Assembly (NCBI GenBank): GCA_977016875.1 | Contig: CDRNST010000141.1 | Location: forward strand, 806,001 to 870,000 | Source: Pavona decussata | Lineage: Eukaryota | Reading direction: 5' to 3' | DNA length: 64,000 nucleotides | Shown: piece after piece, positions 13,855-25,627 of the stretch | How positions within the stretch are numbered: position 1 is the first letter of the stretch | Layout of the letters: every line of letters starts with the position of its first letter | Position numbers and translations under genes: made by a program | The notes under the pieces: generated by a model | Told to the model about the DNA's origin: nothing | The model's input: the letters and a program-made list of their open reading frames with translations, nothing else | The model's database searches: none

Positions 13855-16800
13855 TGCTGGTAACGCATCTGGGTGCGTTCAGTATAAATATGGATCAAAA
13901 CAGAAATTAAGTTAACGAAAATAACTACTCACCCTTTTAAACAATTTCATACTGCTGGAGGATGATGTCTTCTTTTGTTCATTTTATTTTGTCCCATCAT
14001 GACGTCTGAAATTAACATAGGAAGAAAGATGAATAATACACACATGCTGGTTAAGATCTTGTTCTTTGCAAGTGGTTGAAAAACCTTGTTTGATTCCCAG
14101 GGTCCTTTTGGGAATGAGGTTGGTGGTTGAACAATAAATAAATTATTGGAAAAGAGTTTGAATCCTGGTCACTTCTACTTGAAAGTATCAGAGAGGCAGG
14201 CTAACAGGTTATCCAAATCCTGTCAAGCTGACTGCATTGAGGACAAAAGTGCCAAAGGGTACTGGGGTAAGGGGTTGGGGGATAGAGGGATAAGGTGTAG
14301 GGGTTTCAACTCCCTGCCTTCCAACCCCACCCTTTTCACCTTCTGTACCACTAAATCTTCCCTATATTTCTCCCAGTTCTCGCCACTCACAAATACTTTA
14401 TTTCTAGTTTCAATTCTCTTAAATACCAAGTTTTTGTTTCTCTCTATCCCCTGCCCATTTTATTGTGTTCAACGTCAGGAGAACGCAACCTAACCTCAAC
14501 CTCTAGAGGCCTGGGCACAAACATTTAGCAGAGAGAAAATCAATTTTGTTTGGGTCAAGTACCGGATACGGAAATACATCATAGACTCAGGCAGCAGAGT
14601 GCATGCACACGTTTTTTCCCCCCACATGCAAAGAAGTGGTTTTGCTTCATGCCTTCATGTAAAGAAGTGGTTTATCTTCGTTAGGATCAGTCTGCCATCA
14701 GTATTTTGTATTTGAAATAATTTGCTGATCCAGGTACCACTCATCAGTTTGCCGCTGTGGAACTGCAGATTTTATTGTATTTGACGACATCTCAGTCGGC
14801 TCTATTTGCATGGAAGGTTGTATTCAATTCAAAATGAGTGTCACGTCTCTCATGCGAGAATTTTTCAAGGTAGCAGTTTGTGGTTCTTGGAAGGAAAACA
14901 CAGGTTTTCAATACTGTAAATCAAAGGAACAACTTCTAAGAAATACTCCACTGTTTAAACATAGGAAATCAGTGAGTTCATAGCGAAGGAATTCCTGTTC
15001 GAGAATTTGTCAAAGCGAACTGAAACATGTGCGATCGCACATCACTGCAAAGATTGTGAGGTAATGAACACAGAGGCGTAAACACAGGTCTGTCTGATTA
15101 ATTTGTTTAATTAAGAAAGCTTATTGTCTGTTTTTCTGTGTCTTTCTTCACTATGCGATCTTATGGGCTGTAGACTTTCTCGGAAATTTGTAAGTGCTCC
15201 TGGGAATCCACTTTACAGAACATTACAGGGTTGAATGCAAAAAATCCTATAACTTTTATGATTTCCTTCGTAAAGCCATTTCATCTTTGATCAATCGATT
15301 CTTTCAACCAAACTGAAGTGTCTGGAAAACATTTTTTTTTTTTTGTAATTTAAAGAGGGGCCGGAAAACATGCATACAGCGGTACAATAAAATCAAAAGT
15401 TATTTTCCTTCCAAAAGCAAATGTGTTGCTTATCAGAATAAAATTTTTTGGTTGGAAAAGCTTGTTGTCGATTATTCTGAAGGCTTGTTACTTCGGAGTT
15501 GTATTTAGGAAGCGCCGGCATAAACAGGTTGAAATTTGATATCAAAGCAGTTTTCATAAAATTGCGAAAGACACTAATATTAATGTCCACTTCCATTCAA
15601 TCAGGAATTTTAGCAACTTTCGATTTCAAGGTTATTTCCTTGATATGTAACCATAGTTTTTTTATAGCAGAAAATGTTTTCTTTTGACATATAACTAGTT
15701 TCAGCAAGTTTCAGAAAATCCTCTGTCTTTTAGGAAATGCCACTGTACACATGAAATCCCATCAGGTTTTACCATACTCTGCAGACTGGTCAGTCAATTC
15801 ATTATTCTTTCCGCCCCCAGACCATGCTATGCTCGCCCCGCTCACCTATTTGTCTCTTCACCCTATGCCCCGCACGAGAACCTGTTCACAGGCTACTACC
15901 ACCGCACCTGGGCACAGACAACCATACTGAATCTTGGAGCCAGTCTCCAAAGAATCAAATGCCTGAACCCCAGAAAAGTTACATGATCAAACGCCCCACT
16001 GTGGGAATGGACATTCTAATAAAATCCCCACCTGTTGCAGACACTGCACAGCCTCTACCCCTTCCCCCACCACACCCCACCCCATCCCTCTCCTGCGGGA
16101 TTTACATTGCCAGGTGCATTAGTAAGGCCTAGCATTTTAGTCAAAAATTGAATGGAAATTTATACAATTTGATACGATGCAAAGATGACGCCTCAATTCA
16201 CAATTTCTAAAATCTCATACAAAATTCATAATGTTTAAAATAAACTCAATGATACGCAAATAAGCTTAAAGGCTTTTTAGCTTAAGCTTATACGTGCTTG
16301 GCATGGGTTTCTTTGAGCCCCTTCGTCTAAAATTGTAGTTTTAATACGTCTGTTATAAAGTCACTCCGTCTCGTAAGCCTTACTTTAATTAACATCCACT
16401 TATTATGGGAACCATTAGCCACGTTAAAGTTCAAAGCAGGAAGGTTAAGCTTACCCGTTAGCCTTGTCTGTTTTAGCTCTGCTGCAGTGTCTTCACTGTC
16501 TTGCAGTTCTGTAGCCCGAGTTCTGCTAGCTTTCAGCACACTGAAAGGCAAACTAGGTGTTTTAAGTTTATCTGTGTATGCAAAAGTACAAAATCATTCC
16601 TAACAGAGGGAACATAAAAGCGCAGTTGTAAAGTTTACTGACCTTTTTTCTGTCACATCTTGCCACAAGATGGCCGAACTGACCGGTTCCAAACTTACAA
16701 AGATTCATGGGAAATGACACGCAACTCGCGCGTTGCTCGCGCGAGTGGCTTGATCTACACAATGTAATGATTCCAGTTTGTGAAAGCCTTGTTAAAAAAA

Positions 16801-16955
16801 AATGGGACAAATATGGCACGAATCTACTCAGTTAGGTTCATATTTATTCGACTACGTAGATTTTTGCTCTTTCAATTCACGTTCAAACCTTTCTCGATAT
16901 TTTTCACCGCAAGAAAGTTTATAACCCGTGAGAGAGAATTCCCCGTAAATGAACC

Positions 16956-17077
16956 AGGGTCGAGTTGTTGGAAGCCCGATTATCACTAATCCTGGGTTAA
17001 CTGTTGACAAAACCTATATGCTGTCATGGTAGTTAACCTGGATTAGCGTAAATCGTGCTTCGAACAATTCAGCCCAG
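16956..17077. mobile_element. Short palindromic MITE
   Basis: cagggtcgagttgttggaagcccgattatcactaatcctgggttaac versus gttaacctggattagcgtaaatcgtgcttcgaacaattcagcccag. Confidence 0.6.
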
Positions 17078-17848
17078 TACTGTGACGATACTTTAGTCTA
17101 AGCTTTAGGTCTAACTAGTCAGTTCAAATGATGTACAGTGTACGAATATAATTACTATTGGCGGCTTGTTGAACTCGTGCTCTCGTTAGCCACAAATCAC
17201 TTCATGAACAAAGAACTGTCGTAGTTGAACGTGTTCATTAAAAGCTAACAAAACTATATGAAAGGCAGGCTAGATTTCCCGGTGTTTACGAGATCAATTT
17301 TTTGATGATTAGTTTCATTTCTCTTACTACCAAAGCCTGGAATTTGTGTCTGATACTTCGCTAATTTGGGTAGAGGAGAGACTATATTTTGCGCGTTACA
17401 AGACGTTTTGGGATCCATGTTTTATGAAACAACAATAACAAATAGCTTTATTTACATGATCATAAAGTAGTTACAATATTGCAAAACCTTACTGAACGAT
17501 GAACCGAAGATTAAATCATTACGTAAGAAAGCAACCGATTGGCAAACACTATAACCCATTGCATTAAAGTTTTTGCATATCTTATATTGCATTTGAAATG
17601 GTAATTATTATGCTGTACTTCTTTTTGACAAGGTTTGGCCATGTACTTGTGAAGGAAAGTTTTTGCTTTTTTCATTTAACTTATGACACTTATTGCGACA
17701 GCGACATGATATTTCATTTCTTTTGTTCATCGTTCGTAGTCATGCGCTATGACGTGGACAGATGTCTGAATTTGGGCCCATCCGAAATCACTACCACATG
17801 CATTTGGTAGACCACTCGACTCGCGTTGGTTGTTCTACTTTTTGCTGT

Positions 17849-17901
17849 GCTACACCGTGCTGACTAGAGCCAACCAGCTCGAAACAGCTGTCCACGGTTG
17901 C
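17849..17901 (+). ncRNA. Type I hammerhead ribozyme with one core mutation (CUGACUA for CUGANGA), within a retrozyme/PLE-type repeat (~17780-18010)
   Basis: CCGTG-CTGACTA-GAGC-caacca-GCTC-GAAAC-AGCT-GTC-CACGG; all three stems pair. Confidence 0.75.
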
Positions 17902-18255
17902 CGCATTCTGTTGATTCTCGGTTTGGTCTCTATCATGTCGCTGACGTGTTAAGTTTTCTACGCAGTCCGATTAGCCTTGCAGATATTTGAGTAATTATTC
18001 AGTATTGACTTATAAGTTATAAGTCAGTGTACGCTATAACTCAGTGGGAGGCCACAAAACAGCTTTGCAACCTCACGTATTTTATACGAAGTTCCCAGGC
18101 TCAAGATTCAATCCGTCCAGTCCGTCTCTTACTTGGAGCTAATATGTAGAAATCCAAGTTCTGTATGGTGAAGAAACATTACTTGGAGTTCCTATTTTCT
18201 GACAGTCCTAGTCATATTTCTAGTTCCAATTTTACCGTACGAAATCCAAGTATTT

Positions 18256-21200
18256 TTAAACTATTGTACAGATCAAACTACGACCACAGTCACAGCTTTT
18301 GAACTTAAAATCTTCCAATTGTAAACCCTTCTTATTTTCATGTTCCTGACGTAACCGAGCCAAGTTGTCTTGAACGGTGGCAACAAATGGATGCTCAGTA
18401 CCATGCTCTTTTATCAAAATAGTCAACGCGCGTTCAAAATACTCCTTCGACTGCTCCAGGTCTCCTTGGTCACGGAGTACAGTACCCAAGTTGTTAAACG
18501 AAGTAGCAACATGAACATGTTGAGGTCCCAGCTGCTCTAATTGAATGGCCAGGGCACGCTCATAATACTCCTTCGCCTGTTCAAGGTCACCTTGGTCACG
18601 GAGTACTTTGGCCAAGTTGTTATAAGAAGTGGCGACATTAACATGATGTGATCCTGACTGCTGTAGGCGAATAGCCAGGGCACGCTGATGATACTCCTTC
18701 GCCTGCTCCAGGTATCCTTGGTGACGGAGTACAGTAGCCAAGTTGCCATAAGAACTGGCCACGTCAACATGTTGAGGTCCCAACTTTTCAAGTCGAATGG
18801 CCAGAGCACGCTCATAATACTCCTTCGCCTGCTTCACGTCACCTTGTTCACGGAGTACAGTAGCCAAGTTGTCATACGAAGTGGCGACATTAACATGTTG
18901 AGTTCCCAGCTGCTGTAGTCGAATGACCAAGGCACGCTCATAATGTTCCTTTGCGTGCTTCAGGTCACCTTGGAGACGGAGTACAGTAGCCAAGTTACCA
19001 TAACAACTAGCGACGTCAACATGTTGAGATCCCAACCTTTGTAGCCGAATGGCCAGGGCGCACTCATGATACTCCTTCGCCTTCTCCAGGTCACCTTGTT
19101 CACGGAGTACAGTAGCCAAGTTGCCATAAGAAGTGGCGACATTAACGTGTCGGGGTCCCAGCTGCTGTAGTCGAATGGCCAGGGCACGCTCATGATACTC
19201 CTTCGCTTGCTCCAGGTCACCTTGGTCACTGAATACAGTAGCCAAGTTGTTGTAAGAAGTGGCGACGTTAACATGTCGAGGTCCCAACTGCTGTAGTCGA
19301 ATGGCCAGAGCATGTTCATGATACTCCTTCGCCTGCTCCAGGTGTCCTTGGTGACGGAGCACAATAGCCAAGTTGCCATAAGAACTGGCGACGTCAGCAT
19401 GTTGAGATCCCAACTTTTGTAGTCGAATGGCCAGAGCGCGCTCATGATACTCCTTCGCCTGCTCCAGGTCACCTTGGTGACGGAGTACAATAGCCAAGTT
19501 ACCATAAGAACTGGCGACGTCAACATGTTGAGGTCCCAATTTTTTTAGTCGAATGGCCAGGGCACGCTCATGATACGCCTTCGCCTGTTCCAGGTCACCT
19601 TGGTCACGGAGTGCAGTAGCGAAGTTATTAAAAGAAATGGCGACATTAACATTTCGAGTTCCTAGCTGCTGTAGTCGAATGGCAAGGGCACGCTCATGAC
19701 ACTCCTTCGCCTGCTCCAGGTCTCCTTTGTGCCGGAGTACAGTAGCTAAGTTGCCATAAGAACTGGCGACGTCAACATGTTGAGGTCCCAACTCTTGAAG
19801 TCGAATGGCCAGGGCACGCTCGTGATACTCCTTCGCCTGCTCGAGGTCTCCTTGGTGACGGAGTACATTAGCCAAGTTGCCATACGAACTGGCGACGTCA
19901 ACATGTTGAGGTCCCAACTCTTGAAGTCGAATGGCCAGGGAACGTTCAAGATACTCCTTCGCCTGCTCCAGGTCACCTTGGTCACTGAGAACAGAAGCCA
20001 AGTTGTTATAAGAACTGGCGACATCAACATGGTGAGGTCCCAGCTGCTGTAAACGGATGGCCAAGGCACGCTCACGATACTTCTTTGCCTGCTCCAGGTC
20101 ACACTGGTCACGGAGTACAGTAGCCAAGTTGCTACAAGAAGTGGCGACACTAACATGTTGAGGTCCCAGCATTTTTAGTTGAATATCCAGGGAGCGCTCA
20201 TGATACTGTTGGGCAAGGTGAAACTCACCCAGTTCATGATGAACATTGCCAAGTAAGTAGTTGGCTATTAAGGCATCTTCTTCTATAACGACGCCATCAT
20301 GCTGTATTAATTTTAACGCTACATTCAAGAACACTTTTGCAGTGTTAAACTCGCAATGACTAAAACATATCTTGCTAAACCTTATGAAATAATTTGGATA
20401 GTTTCTTATATCCAACGTAAAGTTTTCAACGACTTGGACTATGTCGTCTCTGTTGAAAGTAGCTTGAAATTTTGTACTTAAGAACTTTAAATGAGGAACC
20501 ACATGCCTGCTGTTAATAACACAATCCAAGTTATCTATGCACTGATAAAATGATGTAATGACCCCGAGATCGATTTTGAAATTTACACCCACCGAATAGT
20601 TTTTAGTTTCAGATTTGATCACATCATGCACACCCTGATGTACGCGAATGTAGACATCACCATCATCCTCTTCAAATAGCAGCAGTTGGCCTCTTTGAAT
20701 CTGCATTCGAATGGTATTGTCATCCTTTAAGTCGTCATCTACATTCAGTATGTAGTTTATCACAATTTCAAGGTTTAATGGTTGTTGTGAACAGAGCGAA
20801 AGAAAAGTGAATGTGTGATTCATAACTTTGTCTGAGGACATCGCATTTTTCACGGCTAATGTAGTGGCTGCGGTCATGGATTTTGGATAGCCTCGATTTG
20901 TCTCAGTAAGAAGAGTCTCAGTTCCAGCGCACTGACCTTTCTTTAGTTTTTCCAGGTAGTCTTTCCATCCATAATTTGAAGAGGCTTTGTTCTCACAAAC
21001 TTGTTTAACAAATGTGGCAGCACTTGCCAGGGCAAGAGGTTGATAGTCTAATGTCTGTGCGACCTCCTCTTCCACCTCAGTGTCAGTGATACCAGAAAGC
21101 CTGGATAATAAGGAAGTGGCATCAGCAAGCTCCATACCTTTGCTCACTGAGATGTGACTGATGAGAGAGTTTTTTAAGGGGATGGAGGTAGTGTCCTGTG

Positions 21201-22335
21201 TTGTGATCAGCATTTGCCCTCCTAACCACTGCTCGTTCCCAGATTCTGGCAAATGAACACTTACTTGAGGTATGCTGATAACATTGTCAACTATCAGTAG
21301 CCATGAGGTGAAGAGCTCAACTTTTTTGCTAACTAACGCCTTGAGATTGGCGATCTTTTCCCCTATCTCTGAATCCTTAGAACTAAGGGTGTCTGTAATT
21401 GCATATTCTGAACACTTCAACAGTCGAGCAAAAGAGACAAACGATTCTAGCAGTGAGTCAAGACTTTCAGCATTAAGAGTCATTACAAATGAGGTGTTTG
21501 CGGCTTCTTGGAAAAATCTGTTTGCGACGAGTCCGGCCAACTGAGATTTGCCACTGCCAGGATTCCCTGAGATGTACAGGTAACTTAAGCAGCTTTTGTT
21601 GCCTTCTTTAAGTTCCTTTAGCTGTTGGGTTATTTTAGTCACCTCATCATCTCGACCGGCAACGTCGTGTGAAGGCTTGGGAGGGAGAATGCAAAATGGA
21701 GAAACTTCAATCCGAACTGGCTGATCTTCAAGGACCTGTCTTTCATCTTCTTCTTCTTGAGGTTCTGCTACTTTCTCTTGGAGTTCCTGATAGAGGTCTT
21801 CAACGATTTTCAAGATCTTTGCTAACTCCTCCGTTTGAAAACTTCTCCGGTTTCTGATTTCTTCAATACTTAAGGTGGAGAGCCCGAGTTCTTGAAATGA
21901 AAACTCAACCTTAGTTATGGCACTGTGAAACGCTGGGTTTGAAAGATGGCCTCGTGGTATGTGAGGAAATTCTTCATTACGAAATTTCCTGAGATCATCT
22001 ACATTGGACTTGACGACTGCGTTAAGACTGTTGCCGATACAATCCGAGTACAAAATGGCATAAAAAAGCACGGTGCAATCCCACTCAGCTCGATTTCCAT
22101 TTATCATGGTAGCGAAAAGTTTTGCACCTCGTCTTTTACTACTTGGAGACTCCCCGTTATAGAAGTCCAGCCCATTCCTCGGCTCGTCCTTCCATCCCCC
22201 CAATGTAGCCTTGTAGCGGTTGTCCCATTCCTGTTTGAAGATTGTTCGTAGACTCTCGGCTAGTACATCCGTGGTGATACAGCAAATCCTGAAGTAGTTC
22301 AGTTGTTGATCGCTGAATTTTGTTGCAGCGGCCAT
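18256..22335 (-). CDS. NLR-like STAND protein: HEPN (DZIP3-like) - coiled coil - NB-ARC-type P-loop NTPase - 15 x 42-aa TPR - CaaX; 1359 aa, single coding exon
   Basis: Uninterrupted ORF; first ATG (MAAATKF) at 22335 just after a ttttatag acceptor (~22360); RNEEFPH (Rx5H); Walker A GNPGSGKS; Walker B WLLIVDNV; MLITTQ; YQPLAL (GLPL equivalent); RVHQ (MHD equivalent); kinesin-light-chain-type repeats; ends in CTIV*. Confidence 0.93.
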   Translation of the reverse strand: MAAATKFSDQQLNYFRICCITTDVLAESLRTIFKQEWDNRYKATLGGWKDEPRNGLDFYNGESPSSKRRGAKLFATMINGNRAEWDCTVLFYAILYSDCIGNSLNAVVKSNVDDLRKFRNEEFPHIPRGHLSNPAFHSAITKVEFSFQELGLSTLSIEEIRNRRSFQTEELAKILKIVEDLYQELQEKVAEPQEEEDERQVLEDQPVRIEVSPFCILPPKPSHDVAGRDDEVTKITQQLKELKEGNKSCLSYLYISGNPGSGKSQLAGLVANRFFQEAANTSFVMTLNAESLDSLLESFVSFARLLKCSEYAITDTLSSKDSEIGEKIANLKALVSKKVELFTSWLLIVDNVISIPQVSVHLPESGNEQWLGGQMLITTQDTTSIPLKNSLISHISVSKGMELADATSLLSRLSGITDTEVEEEVAQTLDYQPLALASAATFVKQVCENKASSNYGWKDYLEKLKKGQCAGTETLLTETNRGYPKSMTAATTLAVKNAMSSDKVMNHTFTFLSLCSQQPLNLEIVINYILNVDDDLKDDNTIRMQIQRGQLLLFEEDDGDVYIRVHQGVHDVIKSETKNYSVGVNFKIDLGVITSFYQCIDNLDCVINSRHVVPHLKFLSTKFQATFNRDDIVQVVENFTLDIRNYPNYFIRFSKICFSHCEFNTAKVFLNVALKLIQHDGVVIEEDALIANYLLGNVHHELGEFHLAQQYHERSLDIQLKMLGPQHVSVATSCSNLATVLRDQCDLEQAKKYRERALAIRLQQLGPHHVDVASSYNNLASVLSDQGDLEQAKEYLERSLAIRLQELGPQHVDVASSYGNLANVLRHQGDLEQAKEYHERALAIRLQELGPQHVDVASSYGNLATVLRHKGDLEQAKECHERALAIRLQQLGTRNVNVAISFNNFATALRDQGDLEQAKAYHERALAIRLKKLGPQHVDVASSYGNLAIVLRHQGDLEQAKEYHERALAIRLQKLGSQHADVASSYGNLAIVLRHQGHLEQAKEYHEHALAIRLQQLGPRHVNVATSYNNLATVFSDQGDLEQAKEYHERALAIRLQQLGPRHVNVATSYGNLATVLREQGDLEKAKEYHECALAIRLQRLGSQHVDVASCYGNLATVLRLQGDLKHAKEHYERALVIRLQQLGTQHVNVATSYDNLATVLREQGDVKQAKEYYERALAIRLEKLGPQHVDVASSYGNLATVLRHQGYLEQAKEYHQRALAIRLQQSGSHHVNVATSYNNLAKVLRDQGDLEQAKEYYERALAIQLEQLGPQHVHVATSFNNLGTVLRDQGDLEQSKEYFERALTILIKEHGTEHPFVATVQDNLARLRQEHENKKGLQLEDFKFKSCDCGRSLICTIV
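18345..20260 (-). repeat. 126-bp coding tandem repeat (15 TPR units)
   Basis: Recurrent SYxNLAxVLRxQGDLEQAKEYHERALAIRLQxLGPQHVxVA; DNA motif tactccttcgcctgctccaggtc recurs every 126 bp. Confidence 0.95.
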
Positions 22336-24747
22336 ATTCACCTTGTGTGACTGCAAGTTCTATAAAAATTAATAATCTGCTGTTAGCAAAACCGTGGTGG
22401 AATCTGGGTGGCCTGTTTCAGGTTCTAACGCCCCGTCCACACATGAATCTTCTCATTTGTAAAGGGAAATATTTTGTGTGTGGCCTGTGTAAATAAAAGT
22501 TTTTGTAAACGCTGACGTTACAGCATCTGATCCAGTTTGCAAACAGGAGAAAGTATCGGATATGGCAAATGATCTACGCGTGCTCAATTCAAGGGCTCAG
22601 AGTTTCTTGGGGACGGGTGAAATCTAATGTAAACTATCGCGGTATATGTGTCAATGGATTATAATTATGCAGTGGCGAAAGTAAACGCATACGCCTGAAC
22701 CGGGTTTAAGATGACGGAAACACACAATAGTGGCAGGCTTCCGTTTTCCCGGGAACACTCGACAGGTAAAACACTGAAAGTTCTGCTCGAGAGAGAGGAA
22801 GTTCTAGAAAGCCATGAGTAAGTTGCTCTGAGCAAGGGAAATAAGTAACTGTAGTAGAAAGCGTGAGATTTAAGATAACAAGAGTCTTTTTAATTCGATA
22901 TAGATCCCATCTACTGGGTAAGGCGACTGACGTGCTTCGGCCAGCGAATTACAAACATTGAATTCCCTTTTAACCATTTATTTTAAAACCCTGGAGTAAG
23001 GTTCACAAGCAATCACTTTGTGCTACTTTAACAAAGAAGGACGTAAGTGATAATATCTAGGGAGGCTTGCGAGCGAGTCTCGTGAACCTGTACAACGTTC
23101 GACGCCTGATCCAATAGTGCGCCTTCTGTTTACACAGAAGGTGAACCATGGGTGAAAACAAAAGGATCTTTACAACTTTTAAAACTACTTTAGTACTGTA
23201 TCTGGTTTATCTAACATTCAGATAATACTTCATTTCATTTGCCCACTAGAGCCGGTATTCCTTATGGCAATTGTTGGGGCAGATTGGTCCCCACTACAAT
23301 TGAAGATTCGTTTTAAACATTTGCTGTAAGGCTGTTTTTTCTTTGTGACAATAGGATTGTTTTAATGCTCTGCTTGTCGGCGCACGTGGAATTTGCGAAG
23401 GCGGGTGTAGGGAGTGAGTGGACAGCTCACTTCCTCCATGGCCAGAAGGCTGAATTTCAAGGGCGGTTTGATTTCACTCCACACAATCAAAACGATTCAC
23501 AAAAATAGGTCTTCATTTCACACAGTATTCAAATTACAGGGTAAGCCATTTTTCTTTCTCAAACCCGAGTGGACAAAAGGTAATTGAACTGTGGAGTTAT
23601 CTTACATGTGATAATTTCTGGTTGGTGACTTTGCATAAAAAGTTAGAAAGCGCTCTATTATGTGCACTAAAATTAAATATTCTTTTGTCTACTATAAAGT
23701 AGCCATACTAGCCTCGTTCAAGGTAAACTGATATTCTTTTGATTTTTGACTTCAAGAACGAGGTTTCGGTAGGTTGGGGTTTTCAGGTTCAATTTTTTAA
23801 TAGCCACATTAAATTGACCTACGACTCATCCGGAAATTTTTAAAGCTACAATAATATGGAGTCTAATTATAGTGTAGATTACTCCACAGAGAACAACTTA
23901 AACGACATATTTATTCCATAACACCTACTAAAGGTCAATAACAAGTAAATGAAAATTTGCTACTTTCAAGTGTCGGAACTGAGGTAAACAATCCAAACTA
24001 CCAGTTGACTTTGAGGGATTTAAAGTATTGACATGATCGACTAGAACCTATGCAAATGAAACGCTTTGTTGCTTGAAAAGAAATAAAAGGCGAAGTAAAA
24101 TTGCTGTTGTGGCTGTCAAATTAGGGTTTTTCTACTGTTTCCCAACTAAGGAATTCTATCGAATGGGCTGATTGGCTTAACAGGCGCTTCAAAATCAGTT
24201 GCAGCCAGGGAAAAGTCCAGGCTGTAGTCCACAATCAATTTTACAAAAACCCCTCGCACTCTGCGTCAGTAGACGTCTTCGTGTCGTTAAGTTCCGCACC
24301 ACTAATTTCTAACTGTTTTTTAGGTTGTTGTTTTCGAGAAACCCGAATATTCAGTGATGAATTGAAACATACTTAGAACATATGCATCGCATGTTAATTT
24401 AACACGTTGTTTTACCATCACAAATAAGAGGTAAAATACAAACAGCAACTGATGATGCCCTACACTTGAGCTTCATTTGAATGGTAATGAGCTACTCACA
24501 TTAGATAGGATTTCATTCACACACTTCGAAGTTTAACTGAACCATGGCCAAATTTCATGGCTCGGTCCAACTGTACTATCGCCAAGTACTCTACAGAAGC
24601 CGACATCAAATCAATGGAAATAGTCCTTTTTTGGCCCCATGCATCAAAATGGATATAACAAGTGCAATTTTGTAACTTTGCAGAATTTTGCAAGTTTGCA
24701 TGGCATTCACGAAAGAGAATCCAAAGTCAGTAATAAAGAATACTCAC

Positions 24748-24840
24748 CCTTTGCTGTGGTTCCAACTTATTTCCGAGTAAACTAAATCAGCAGGCGGCAG
24801 TTATCAATATTGTACAAAAGAAAAATCTCTTTGAATTTCA
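24748..24840 (-). other. Putative non-coding first exon of the STAND-TPR gene
   Basis: Strong donor AGG|GTGAGTA at 24748/24747; homologous to the first exons of the peptide genes; the nearest downstream large coding exon is the STAND ORF. Confidence 0.55.
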
Positions 24841-24876
24841 ACTTCAAGACATGACGTGTTTGTCTATTTTCAGCAT

Positions 24877-25123
24877 AGTTAATTGAAGGACTGGTTATGA
24901 AACCTTGGTGCTGCCATTTATGTTGTCAGGTCCGCGAGTGTGCACAATCCTTTGTTTGATGTTTACACCTCAGTATCTTAACGACCCTCAACAGGAACGT
25001 TTCTATTGGTCAGTCGCTCGAACACACTATTGTGGTTTGTGCACGGTAAAGGCCAAAAATGCGAACAAAAACGTTTAACAAAGAAGTTTGTCAGGTTTCA
25101 TAACCATTGCTTTCATTAACTAT
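24877..25123. mobile_element. MITE with ~30-bp TIRs
   Basis: atagttaattgaaggactggttatgaaacct / aggtttcataaccattgctttcattaactat. Confidence 0.65.
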
Positions 25124-25627
25124 GATTTTCAGCCATCGCGGGTCCAGATCACGCGATTTTTATCTCGACCTGTCAACACTTCCCTGCGACAACATTTGAA
25201 TGCAATATTGCATGAAACTCCGCGTGATAGTTTGAAAGCCAAATTTCATTAAGAGTTCCATGAAGTGTGAAAATCGTATAATTTAGAAACTTTATTATTG
25301 TGCTTAAGTCTCGCGATTACTAACATGTTCACGTGATAGATGGCATGACGTTCGTTTTCTGACTGCATAAAGTACGAAAATGGCGATGTCTCTCACAACT
25401 TGGGAGACAACTTCAACTTGATGTTTCTTGTCACGCTCCCTGCACATTTCTCAGTTGAATGCATTCAGTCATCAACTTTATGCAACATAGTTACTGAATT
25501 TAGCGTTTGGGAAAACACTTTTCCAAGTTGAGTGCACCCAGGCAAAATCTTTATCCAAATTATGGTTATCACAATGGGGAGAAAAGGACCTGAAACGTTA
25601 CTAACATCAGTCTCACATTTATCACGT

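Larger units (their letters stand above)
10200..14005 (-). pseudogene. Possible decayed multi-exon gene or spliced lncRNA
   Basis: Short minus-strand segments bounded by pyrimidine-rich AG and GTRAG at 13933-14005, 13207-13267/13278 and 11833-11867; 10.2-11.3 kb reads as stop-riddled S/T/N/K-rich coding-like sequence. The 13933 segment has stops in all frames. Confidence 0.3.

Noticed and set aside
18537-20156. Repetitive alternative-frame ORFs (MLTSPVLMATWLLYSVTK...) and antisense ORFs
   Set aside because: Shadows of the 126-bp TPR repeat in other frames.
18345-20260. CRISPR-like appearance of regularly spaced repeats
   Set aside because: Contiguous in-frame coding repeats with no unique spacers; eukaryotic context; no cas genes.
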